Part shown: positions 1 through 64,000 of the stretch, piece after piece
Layout of the letters: each line of letters starts with the position of its first letter
How positions within the stretch are numbered: the first letter of the stretch is position 1
Notes under the pieces: generated by a model
Seen by the model: only the letters and a program-made list of their open reading frames with translations
What the model was told of the DNA's origin: nothing
Database searches by the model: none
Made by a program: the position numbers and the translations under genes
Assembly: GCF_006345805.1 (NCBI RefSeq)
Contig: NC_042997.1
Coordinates: forward strand, 161,882,001 to 161,946,000
Length of the DNA: 64,000 nt
From: Octopus sinensis
Lineage: Eukaryota
Direction of reading: 5' to 3'

Positions 1-378
1 TTTTAAGATCAAATATAGATAGAAAAGCTTATACAAATTACTAACTGCTTATCTTCACAATGAGGAACGGCTTAATTACACATTTAGGAACTAACTTATC
101 TACATATTGCTCCCCTATTCTATTGGGATAAAGTGCAATATCATAATATTCTTACGTAATATATATTTTCACTATTAGATATATGTAGCTTAGTTTGTAA
201 TATAACTGAATCACTTATGAAAATACGCCGGCTTAAACACAATAGACTTAGCAAATTTAGCGTTGCGCATGAATATTTTGCAGACATGAATATATAGAAA
301 TTTCGTGAACAATTATGGATTGTGTATAAAACAGAAATCCAGGTTTATTGAAGGAATGTTGAAAATATGTTTGCTCAC

Positions 379-51592
<51,214 letters not shown>

Positions 51593-52467
51593 CTAGATAA
51601 ATAAAATATTATAAATGAGACAACAATTTTCTTCATAGTAAAATCAAAATATATTTTTCAAAACTGCCATTCTTCTGTTTTCTTTATCAAAGAGATAGAA
51701 AAAAGAATGTGTCACATATCTGAAAGGAAAATCAATGATGATGAGGAGTAATGGTAGTAGCGATGATAACAAAATAGGAATCGAAAATAATGTTGTTTGC
51801 ACAATATATTAAAACCATTTTAGACCGGGCTTAAGGAGTACGTACAATTTTGAAGAAGTGTAAACAAAGAATTTAGTTCCCTCTTTAAACGTGTACATTT
51901 TATTTCATAAAATGCATATTAATGCATTGATAGCACTTTATTGCTCCAGAACATACAAAATATGAATTTCGAACCGCATAAAATGGATAAATTAAAGTTA
52001 AAAGTCATATTTAAAGAGATACATCTAAAAGAAAACTATATAAATGTTCAAAAATTTAAACATGCTATTGTTCGTTAACATAAATGCATGTATATACATA
52101 TATTCATACATACATAGATACACGCACACACACACAATAACACACACGTTAACTTTTTTAAAGAAACTGAAGCTGAAATTTGCCTCGTGATTTGTGCTCA
52201 TACCACTTGTTTGAGGGTCATGGTGTGAAACACGAATCGCGAAACAAATTCTCAGTTTCTGTTTCAAAAAAACTACTATATATCAAAAAATTATCAAAGT
52301 AGATAATTTTTTTTTTTTTTTTTTTCAGTATTCATGATAGTTCCTGCAGAAAATAAATACAAAATTTAAAAATTACAAATCATCAAGGAAGATTAATTTT
52401 AATTTATGGAGCTTTTAACAGTGTGTGTGTGTGCCTATACACACCACAAACACACTCACACACACAC

Positions 52468-52521
<54 letters not shown>

Positions 52522-52652
52522 ATATATGTGTGTATATATATATATACATATATATATACATATATATATACATCTACATATATATATTTATATACATATA
52601 CATATACATATATATATACATATACATACATATACATATACATACATATATG

Positions 52653-52713
<61 letters not shown>

Positions 52714-53549
52714 TTGAGTTGTATTTGTTCAACTAGTGATGTGGTCTGAGACTGTATACTGAAAATAAAAGATTTAAATCGTTGAAGAGCCATTTAGCAA
52801 TTTAAAAAGACAAAAACAATGAAATTCATTTTGCATTTATTTCTAGAAATTTTTTAATCTTCGTCGCACATTTACGACCTCGTCCGGCAAAATTTGATTG
52901 AAACTGTTAGAAGTGTATGCCCAGTTCTTATAAATCTTCTGGGTTTTCTTATTAGTTAAATCTATGGTAATACGAGTTTATTTTATTCATGTTGACTGAC
53001 TGTGACTTCTTAATAGTGACTAACAATTGTCGTAAGTTATTTCCAGATTTTACTCCTTGTTTATTTACAACTTTGTATGCATCGTTATCATTCCATCTCT
53101 TTTATTATATCCTTTTCTTTTTTCTGCTTTCTCTTCTCGAATTTACGTACATTAAGTTCGCTATGTATAAACATGATATTCACGAATGTGTGAGTGCGCG
53201 CGCGTGCTTGTTTATGTGTCTGTGTGTGTATGTGCCTTTGTGTATGTGCGTGCGTGTGTGTATGTGTGTAACATAGACAGAAATAATGGGTTATATAGAT
53301 TTATTTATTTATTATAGGCTTACAGCTGTTTCAGATGCATTTTGGTTCAGTTCATGGTTCAATTTAATCAATCGTTTGATTGAGCGACTGAAAATATAAG
53401 GAACCGCCAGGACAATGCTTTCTTCCTTAGAGCCGAAACAAACCAACTACTTCTGATTTACAAATTTGACTGAAGGACTTCTGCTTCGAATTACCAGAAG
53501 CGCAATACCTATCACAAGACATTTTTTGTTAGCCTGGTGTATTTTTATC

Positions 53550-53591
<42 letters not shown>

Positions 53592-53718
53592 TAGTAATGG
53601 TAAGGCAACAAAAGAATGAAAGAGACCTCGATATTATGTAAATAGAGGAATTTATTTGTAATACAATATGTGACAATTATTCGGTTGCCGTGATAAAACT
53701 CCGAGTTTCGGGTGTCGG

Positions 53719-53799
53719 GGCGGAAACCTGCACCCGCATCTCTTCAGTCATCGAGGCAATTCCTCGATGACTGAAGAGATGCCGGTGCAGGTTTCCGCC
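53719..53799. repeat. 81-nt hairpin: 38-bp stem with one mismatch and a 5-nt loop
   Basis: ggcggaaacctgcacccgcatctcttcagtcatcgagg-caatt-cctcgatgactgaagagatgccggtgcaggtttccgcc. Confidence 0.9.
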
Positions 53800-56700
53800 T
53801 ATTTTGTGTAAGTCGGACCTTTTTATATATAAACATATGTTCATTTCTTTTATTAAATGTATTTAACATCATTTGTATATCGACTTGCCTAAATTGTTTG
53901 TACTTACATTTACTTCTCTAGGTGCTCATGTTTAAATCTCTTGAGCACTACGAAGTGTATCCTATACGGAGAATATCTGTCTCTAATCTATAATCTAAAT
54001 ATATATATGTATGTGAACACCCATATATTCGAGTACGCTAATAGCTAAACTAATAGACTAATCTTCAGAATGATTCATAATAGTCCAAAATTATCAGCTC
54101 TATGACAGAGAACTAGCTGACTCAATATATATCCACAGGTAATAAGTGTAGCTAGCAGGATACTATGTTTGATTTGTTTTAAGAGAGCAATAGTCATAGA
54201 TCAATATAAATTTTAAAAAGAAACAGTAGATATATACAAAAGATTAAAAAATCACACATAAATACACACATGTTCATGCACATATATGTATGCATTCACA
54301 TGTAAGCTTATATAAGTAAACTAGATAATGAAATCTATATCTTATAATTCTCTTATTCTCTTATATGTTTCAGTCCAATGATTGTGGCCATGCTGGAGCA
54401 CCGCCATTGCTTAAATCTTTATTATCCCATCAAATGTAGGTATCTTCATTTCACACAAATTTGGATCAGTAAATAGTTTCCAAACATCATATCTATTTGA
54501 TACCTTCAGTTATATGTAGTTTATATTCAAATACATTATACCCATATAACAGAATTTGATCAAATCTTCCACTGAACATGTATTTGCTTATAAAATCTGA
54601 AACATAAATTATATGTATTAAGTGTATAAGTGAAAGAAGGAAAAAATGACACTATGTAGGTGTGTGTATATGTATGTCACACATAATCTAACAGAAAACT
54701 TTGTTTCTAATTATGAGCTAAAATAAGATTCTGCAATAACTATCTTCCTTTCATAGTTGTTCTGTAAATTTCAAAAGAATGACTGTAAATTTCAATTGTG
54801 AATTATATGAAAATATGATTTTAAAATATCATAAAATATTCACTTCAAATATATAAGAAATGTGAGCATTAAAGAAGTTTAAATATCATGGACTTACTAT
54901 AGCAATTAAAAAGATGTATATTAATACCAATATACAATTCAGACTTAATATATCTGATGTAAAATAAATATCTCTTTTAAGTCATAATTCTGAAATTAAC
55001 TGTAGGCATTAAGAAAAACATGGATTTGTAGTCATATGCCCAATTAATATCCACACTGTCCAATTTGGAAGAAACATTCACTAATATAAGGTGAAATAAA
55101 TATATTTAATTTTTTTTAAATGGAATCATATCATTTCAAAAATATTTGATAATATTTATCTAATATTATCTAATATTTATTAGATAATATTTTGGATAAA
55201 ATTTATAGCTAATATCTTACCAATTTCATCTAATCTTTTCCTTTAAAACAATGTTATTTTAAAAATATTCCATTTAAAAAATTGAATGAATTTTTATGGC
55301 TTCTATAACAGTGTGTTTTTGCAGAGTATCATCAAAATATAACATTTTGAATTATATTTGGGCCAGAAAAGAGAACAAATCACAAAATACAATTGTATAA
55401 GATTACTTTTTGCTTATATTTATTTCTGACAAAGCTAATACTTGAGTAGAAAAAAATTATCCTTGGACTATAATCCTCATCATTTCCATTTTTATTAAAC
55501 TTATAAATTAAAAGCACAAAAGATGAGGTCATTTTTACTTTTAAAGTATTCCAAACTGACATCACCATTATCAGAATAATATTGTAAAATATTAATAAAT
55601 ATTTCAATACCTTTTGGAAAATAGAAACATGAATTTATCAACCTTTGAAACTTAAACTATCAAAACTTATCAAAGAATAATTAAATTTGTGAAAGAATTT
55701 TATGTGATAAAATCTCTCACAGTTAAAGGAAACTAAAACAGAAAACTAAACTTTATGTATTTTCCAGGCACAGTGAAATCAAAACCAACATTTCCTAAGA
55801 ATACACAGAAGCAACCACATAAATGATTATATAAAGTTATTTAAAAAGCCACTTTCTATCGCGCAGGATAAATTTAATGAATTTAAATAAAGAAAAGTAT
55901 TTCAAATAACACAGATGGCTGACCAAGAACTGAAATAAAAAAAAATAGATTTTTGTTTACAGATTAAATTGATTTGTCACTCAAAATCGGTTTGTAGAAT
56001 CTTTAAAGTATATTTATTTCCATTGTATTATAAATATACAGTTTTTTTTATGATTGTACATTCATTGAATGTGCTGTTCAATCCATAAAACCAAAGTAGC
56101 CATGTGCAAATCTGTAACAAAGTCTATATGCAAATCAGAGTATTAATATATGTTAATTCAAAGCAAAATAATCTTTGTAACAGAGGAATATTCTATCAGC
56201 TTGAGAATTTTAAAAAAGTGGGGCTTTTTCAAATAGATAAAGAAATTTATCACAAAAGTGATTTTTTAAGTAGTTAATACCAAATTTTCTGAGTGGAATG
56301 GACAACATCACAATGATGCTTTTCTATTTCATTTATCCACACAAAAAAGAATATAACTACATAATTATAAAATGTTAGCTTAATATTTTTAAATTTTTTA
56401 TTAGATGTTTCAATTTATGGCTTTAAAATTGATATTGAATTTTTGATGCCTCAGAGGTAACAGTTTGACTTTATGGCTCAGCTAAATTTTTATTCAACTA
56501 AATTACCTCTTGTCTTACTAAAAAAAATCATCCATTCATTTAGATAATGGCAAAAACTCTAATAACTTTTAAAAATCTAAATATTCAAAGTAAACTTATC
56601 TTATTTATGTATTGCTCAAATTAACTATTATAAAATGTTCTCTCTTTTAAGTTTTAATTTAATTGTGCTAAATTAATAGAAATTTACTCTAGTAATTCAC

Positions 56701-57692
56701 AGATATACTGTCAATCAAGTAATAACTAAATGAGATCCAAAATTAAATTTAGTTATTAATCATTTAAATATCATTCTGTTACAAATCATATTTATATGCA
56801 AATAAATCAAAACACTTAAAGCATATTTAAGAATTACAAACATAGGTGTCTCAAATAAAATCAGTGCAATGAAAGAAAACACAATAGCATGCTCAAAATA
56901 TCAAAGAAATATACTGAATAAATCAGGGAATATTTTTTTATATAATCTGATAATGTGACATCTAATTATGCAATGCTGAAAACACAATTTTATTATATAA
57001 TATTTTTAAATTTATGTTAATACATAATTAAGTAAATGTAGTCACAAAATAAAGAAGAAGCATTTTAATTGGATTATACTTTTGAAAATCTAATGACTTG
57101 AGAAAGTAATAATCCATATTTAAATAGAATCATTAGTTTTAAAGAAGTTTCTAACTGCTTTATGCCATCATATTGAAGATATTATATTTGACTCAGTACA
57201 TTTAGTGGAATAAAAGACCATATTAAATATTATTATAGTAAGAATTTTAAAAATTAAAATTAATATCCTTCATTTTAAAATTATAACTTAAAATCATAAT
57301 TTAAATTGATTTGCTTTATTCATGCTTGAAAATTCATAAAATAGTAAATTTCTATTCCAATATGGATAGAATTATAATATTCATAAATAATTTTAACATT
57401 TAAGTAGAATGTCTTTTAAAAGCACTATGATTTTATGTTTTAATTACAAAGTAATTTAACCTTGAGCAAAGAAAATTGTTTTGATTATATTTTAATGACT
57501 AAAATTTCAGAACGCTTTTATAAATATCTTATGATGTAATAGGACATCAGAATTAGTTTTCAATGGTGAAATAAGGAACCTAAAATTTGCAGTATCTATG
57601 TAGACACTGCCAAAAAGTTACAGATTTTTTAATTTACATCATAGAAATATATGATAACAACAATAAAACAAATAAGGATGATGATGATGATG

Positions 57693-57765
<73 letters not shown>

Positions 57766-58239
57766 TAATAATAATAATTTCTTGCATTAATTAAAATAAA
57801 AACAACAATAACAACAATAATTGTTCTAACAGGAATAAAACCAGAAATTTGGTTTGGGGATAACAGACAATAAAATCATCTCTAGTATTTGAATGGAACT
57901 TCATCAACCCATCAACCCTGGAAGGATGAAAGGTAAAGCTGACCTTGTAGGTTTCTGAAGTCAGAACATAAAGATCTAGGGCAAATATCATGAGGAATTT
58001 CATTCAAGACATTAGTGATCTTGCCAATCCACCAGTAATAATGTCAGCTAAAGTCAACTTTGCCTTTCCTCTTTCCAGAGTTTCTAGATTAAAGTACTAG
58101 TCAAATATTGAGATGGGATAATTGACTTTTCATTTCACCCAACTTTCAGACTTTGTGCCAATATTAGGAACATCATCATTATTATTATTATTATACATAC
58201 ATACATTAGATTGGACTGTTGGAAAAGGAAAATTCCTAA

Positions 58240-59810
58240 CATCGGGCAACAACAAGTAACTGTAGATGCCAAGAACCCTCCAAAGTAACCTTAGATGCCA
58301 AGAACCCTCCAAAGTAACCTTAGATGCCAAGAACTTTCCTTAGTATCCTAGCTGTCCCTAATAACATTGTTTTCTGAAACTGTACTAAACTGGGTTTTAA
58401 CCTATTTCAAATCTTTAGGGACAGTTCCTAATGTACCTATAACTACTGGGCTACATTTTATCTGCACTTTCCATAATCTCTCTAATTCAATAGCTAGGTC
58501 CTGGTACTTTGCTATTTTTTTCTATACCTCTCATATTCATTTTGTCATCATTTGGTATTGCAATGTCAATTATCTGGCACTTTTTATTCGCTTTATCTAC
58601 TACTATTAAATCAGTCCTAGCTTTTATTATTCTGTCAGTCTGAATGTTAAAGTCCCACAACATCTTATATTTCTTACTTTGTAGCACTTTACTAGGTTCA
58701 TGCTCATACCATTTATCAGTATGGTCAAATTCTACCTTTCTACATAACTTCCAGTGGATTACTCTCCCTAGATTGTCATGTCATTTTTTGTATTCTTTCT
58801 GTGCCAGCATGCTACATTCACTTACTATGTGAGTAACACTTTCCTCTTTTGATTTGCATATCCGACATGGAGAATCTACTTGGTTTTTATCTATCTTGGC
58901 TTTTATCCAATTAGTCCTTAATGCTTGATCTTATGCAGTTACCTACAAACTTACTGTCTTCAGTCTTCCTTTCTGCAATCATAATCATGTCTCACTACTA
59001 CTATTTGTTGCAACTATCTTTGGCAATCTACCATGCAAAGCCTTCTCCAGCCAGACAGATAACTTTTGTTCTTTTTCCTGGATTTTAACTTCATTTAGCT
59101 TTTTGGTTTCCCTATGTCTTGCTGTGACTCTAACAGCTCTTAATAAATTTTCTTCTATTATCTACATAGGCGCCTATACTTACTCTAGCTAACTCCACGC
59201 AGTCTTCTGCTGATATTAAACCTCTTCCACCTTCCTTTCTAAGTAAGTGTAATCTTGCTACACCTGCCCTTGGGTGGAGTTCTCCAATCATATTGAATTC
59301 CTTCCTAGTTCTTCTGTCTAGCTTTGCTAATTCAATTTTTGTCTAATCTACAAAAGCTGTTGGGTGTCTAAGTAATGATACTGCCCAATTATTTACAGCC
59401 TTCAGTAGGTTCAGACTATTTAGCTTTGACTTCATTAGCTTCCTGACCCTTCTGATGTACTTCTCAATTTTTGCTTTCATTTCTAGAGTTAGTACTCTGT
59501 CAGATTCTAATACTCCTAGATGCTTATAACTCTCTCCTTCTTGCAATGATTTTAATGTCTGGCCATCTGGTAAGTAGATGTCTTCACTTTTGACTACCTG
59601 TCCCCTTTTTGAAACTGATATTGCACACTTATCTATGCCAAATTCCATGCCTATATCTTTGCTAAAGAGTCTTACAGTCTGTATTAAGTAATCTATCTCT
59701 TTTTCATCCTTATTAAAAAACTTCAGATCATCCAATGGTTAAATTTTTCCTTACTATTTCTGAACTGATACCCTGCCTTTGCCTTCCTTAATACTAAACT
59801 GAGGGGGAAC
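58240..59810 (-). mobile_element. 5'-truncated R4/Dong-like LINE (RT end, zinc knuckle, RLE), decayed
   Basis: ORF 59343..59735 DDLKFF...FSKDIGMEFGIDKCA...YKHLG and ORF 58487..58687 KMLWDFNIQTD...IIDIAIPND; the 3' end has about 2.5 copies of a 29-bp repeat at 58255-58335. Confidence 0.82.
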
Positions 59811-59854
59811 AAAAAAAGACATATGTTAAAGAGGATATTTCTTTTTATTACAGG

Positions 59855-60063
59855 TTTTGTTGGAACTCCTAGGATCTTGCTACATGCAGCCTACAGTACC
59901 ATGCTATCCATTCTTTTCAGCTATCTAATACTTTTCTGATTATTCTGGCTGTGCCAAGGAGGCAAACTTTTGTAACAGTTCTACTGAGCACTGTATTCCA
60001 ATTTCCTTTATATTCCTCTTGATGCCTTCTGATACTGTCCCCAAGGACTATTATTATTATTAC

Positions 60064-60115
<52 letters not shown>

Positions 60116-61050
60116 TTCTCTTTATCACAAGTTTTGTTGGAGCTCATGGAGTCTTGCATACATAGTGGGCTTGCTACCAGCAGCCTACAGTACCATGCTA
60201 TTTGTTCTTTTCACCTATCTTATAATTTACTGATTATTCTGGCTAAGCCAGAATAATCAGTAACAGTCCTACTGGCACTCTATTCCAATTTCCTTTACAT
60301 TCCTTTTGGTACCTTCTGATAATGTTCCCAATGACCCAACAATAATTGGCACTATCTTCACCTTCTTCATTTTCCATAGCCAGGCTATTGCCTACTTAAG
60401 AGGGTTGTAGCTATCTATCTTTTCACCTTCCTTTTTGATTATTTGTGGGTCAAAGGGGCAAGCAACATCAACCTTAAAGCCTATGTGGTGCACCTTGTCC
60501 ACCACCACTAGGTTCGGTCTAGTATGCTCTAGCATCTGATCTGTTTGGATGGGGAAATCCCAGAGGATTTTGCTTATTTCTTACTCTGCCACTCTCTGTG
60601 GTTTGTGCTTATACCATGTCTTGCCTCTTTCTAGCCCTCACTTTTTGCACAGCTTCCAATGGAGCACTTTTGCTACCTGGTTATATTGCCACAACTTGTA
60701 GGGGTTTCGGGTAAGTCTAGAGCTTTCATTCGTGATATGGACAATGGTTTCATCCACTCCATTGCAGATGTGGCATAGTGGAGACACTTGCTCATTACTT
60801 GGGTTGACCCTCCAGTTCATGGCCAGAGCTTGGGCCTGCACTACCAGTATAGTGCTCTTGGTCTTTTTTTTAGGGTTCCTTTCATCAGCCAATCCCACCT
60901 ATTTTTTCCAGCAACTTTTGTTGTGGCTACATGGAATTGATTGTGTAGTCCCTTCTTGCATAATTCTTCCTCATGTCCTTTTTGTATTTCTTTTGTTTTC
61001 CCTTTGTTCTCTGCTCTCAATACTCCCTCGTTCCTAACTGTCACTAGCAA
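59855..61050 (-). mobile_element. Two nested or adjacent 3' remnants of a further R4/Dong-like family, separated by (ATT)n
   Basis: ORF 60638..60898 PLCHIC...ETIVHI...VLHWKLCKK; 59917..60159 ends LLGTARIIRKVLD; 59880-60050 repeats 60180-60330. Confidence 0.75.
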
Positions 61051-61074
61051 GGTTTCCTTACTTTGGGCTAGGTA

Positions 61075-61110
<36 letters not shown>

Positions 61111-61119
61111 TATTATTAT

Positions 61120-61151
<32 letters not shown>

Positions 61152-61933
61152 TTGTTATCATCATCATCATTATCATCATCATCCTCAGCGGATTTACAAA
61201 ATTAGTAGAGTGTCAGACATAAATGTCTTGTGACATTTAGTTATATCCCTCTTTCTGAAAGGAAATCTTGTCAGGAGTTGATAAAGAAATGGAAATGACT
61301 GAATCAACTATCACACAAAATAAATTGTTCTTTGTTAAGAACCTATGCAGAAAACCATTATTATTATACATGAATCTGTAACATTAGAGAAAGAAATAAG
61401 ATACCTTGCCTTTGCCTAGTCCAAAACAGCAGAGCAGTAATTAAATAGACATCAGCAATGACATTAATAATGAAAATAATAAAGATAACAGCAACAAATA
61501 AAAATAATCAGATAAAGCTAGACCTTTAGTGGGAAACTAAATCCCTTGAAGGAAAATATGCACAGAGAATTTTTTTTAAATAGTTTATGAAAAATTCTCA
61601 TTTGTAGTTGATCAACTGTAGCCTAAGATTTAAAAGAAAGAGTTCTAATAAATTCAGCAGTCTTCACACCTATTCCTTTCAGCAAAACCTTCTGAAAATG
61701 AAGTTGACCAAACTTGCAGAATACATAGATTATGTATGTGAGGAATCCACCGCCAGGATATTTCCATTGGCATGAATGTCATAAGTATGAACATGATATG
61801 GTATTGAGAAAGTTCAATACAACTGCACAATATGATTCTGTTTACAAAGAGGGGGATTATAACTTAACTTCTAATCATAGTTTTATATGACAAAAAAAAA
61901 ATATATATATGTACAATGATTGCTATACCTTAC

Positions 61934-61948
61934 CTTGAAGAAGGAAGC
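61934..61948 (-). other. Candidate 15-nt microexon (GCTTCCTTCTTCAAG) upstream of the Ig exons
   Basis: gttcctttaatag|GCTTCCTTCTTCAAG|gtaaggta; good splice sites and length divisible by 3, but no homology support. Confidence 0.3.
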
Positions 61949-64000
61949 CTATTAAAGGAACCAAAATCTTTCAAAATGCACAAATTTAGAAGCAGAAATA
62001 GCAAGTCTCTTTCACGAAATTTTAGCACTGTTTAAAATATCAGGCTTCCAGTAGTGTTTGTCAAAAGTGGAGAGTCCTTACAAGAAAGGTATTTTCATAA
62101 CGAAAATGGTTCATGGAAATTGAGACTATGAAATAGCTCCTTTCCCTGTAAATGGTTATTTTGACATTTAAGTGTATTTAAATATTATCAGATGTAGTGG
62201 TCTTCATTTATAAAAGTGATTATGTGATGGCACAATCAAAATATCTAAAATTCAAAAAGTTAGGTCAAAAGTAAAATGAAGACATGTCATCTGTGCAAAA
62301 GGAAACAGAATCTGTAGGACTAATTAAACTATAAATCATTGATAAAAAGAAAATACTGTAAAATTAGAGATCTTGGAGAACACCAGGCTTTGTAGTATAG
62401 AGCAATGTGAAAGTGCTATCAATACATGCTGGGTAAAATGTTTGGTGGCACTTTGTCTGCCTTTAAACTCTGATTTCAAATTCTGCCAAGATCAACTTTG
62501 CCTTTAATCCTTTCAAGGTCAATGAAATAAGTACCAGTTAAGTACTAGGGGTTCAAAATTTCAGGCTTTGTACCAATAATAGAAAGGATGGTTATTATTA
62601 TTATTATTATTATTAAGGTGGCAAGCTTTCAGAATTACGAGAACATTGTATAAAATGCTTAGTGGCATTTCCTTTGAGTTTTTAGCTCTGAATTCAAATC
62701 CTACTGAGGTCAACTTGCCTTTCATCATTTCAGAGTCGATAAATGAACTATCAGTCAGATACTGAAATCAATGTAATCAACTAATCCCCTCCCACTAAAA
62801 TTGATGGCCTTGTGTCACAATTTGAAATCATTATCACTACTGCTACTACTGCTATACAATAATAGTTTCATGACTGGAAATGAATGCATCCTATTGAGCA
62901 GGTCTGTATAGGAATTTTGTACTCCACATTTTGTCAAAAGCTTCCTTTTCTAATAAGAAGTGCATCGGCCTTTGTTTTGCTGGATTGACAGTGAATTTGG
63001 TTTAACAAACTCCATTTTTCTGAATACTGAAAAGAACTGACATGATAAACACATATAATTTTTTTGAATATTGGAATCTTGCCAACCTATAAAAGTAAAA
63101 TCAACATGATACACAGCTAAAGTGCTTCTAAGGGCAGCAGCTGGGCAACACATAGTTCTTAGAATCAGACTGTTGAATGCTTATGTATATGAGGACATAT
63201 AATGAATTTATTGAGTTTATTATTTTTGCATATATTTTTGAAATTAGCTATTTAGAGCACTGTTTGAATTTTCCAGAAAATGTACCTCATCTGTTATGTT
63301 TCCACCAAGAGGAAACATACGAGAATAAAAGTCTGGAAAATAGAAACTACTAATTTTCTTTTCTTACTCTTTCTTCAAACTTTTCCTCATGAAGAATAGA
63401 CTAAAACTATTAAGAATAGGCTACAGTTTGGCTGAAGAATAATACGTATGTTTCTTACTTTATTGAAATAGTTATATTTTAAGGATCTAATCTTCATTTT
63501 TGTAGTAATTTCAAAGACTATATACTTCAGAAATAATATTATTAAATTTCATATCAAATTTGTGTTAAATTTTAGGTTGAATTCATGATGATTTTGGATT
63601 TTTAAACATTGGAAACTGTACCACAAAAAGTACAGAAGCAAATTCCAATATCATGCATTATATTATGAGAGAAAACTTAATAGTGCAATGGCAAAAGTGT
63701 GTGTGCTAAATAAGTAATGTCACAATGTGGGATAGTTATAAATAATGTGCCACATGGGTTCATCCTGTGCACAGCACTCAGCTTCTGGTTTATAATTGAT
63801 TCCAATTTTCAAAGTAATTATGCAAAATATTTTCTGGTGACACCAAAAATTACCGCTCAGTGTGTTGGTGGAAGGTTTTGATTTGGCTGCAAAAAGACAT
63901 CAACAAATTGATGGCATAAAGTGATACACAAATATTAAGGTTAGGTAAAACAACAATTAGAAAATTTATAGTCTTATTTAACACATAAATATGAGTAGTA

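Overview
AT-rich, microsatellite-dense eukaryotic DNA. The repeat families look like octopus/coleoid cephalopod elements (recognition from memory, not a database result). The window lies inside one large minus-strand, intron-rich gene that is open at both ends and encodes a titin/obscurin-type giant Ig-repeat protein. In transcription order there are six symmetric phase-1 exons of 267-273 nt, each encoding one I-set Ig domain (51592 down to 34226). These are followed by at least 30 phase-1 microexons of 21-30 nt (28808 down to 379) that the ORF track does not call. Spliced together, the microexons give an open ~290-codon acidic E/T/V/S-rich spacer that is not classical PEVK. Nineteen of them sit in a ~17 kb tandem array (about 7590-24645) of a 3.3-4.1 kb four-microexon cassette, and each full cassette adds a 39-aa unit (EVETETSIRA-EVETETSTRT-EKQSQVEFSV-DVTEEEYPR). 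A (TAA)n-flanked ~550-bp element marks every unit junction. Older diverged A-B-C microexon triplets lie outside the array. The introns also hold R4/Dong-like and CR1-group LINE remnants, an internally deleted mariner, a Tc1 remnant, SINEs, MITE-like foldbacks, a 255-bp perfect inverted repeat and many simple repeats. Nearly all ORF-track entries are low-complexity or repeat artefacts.
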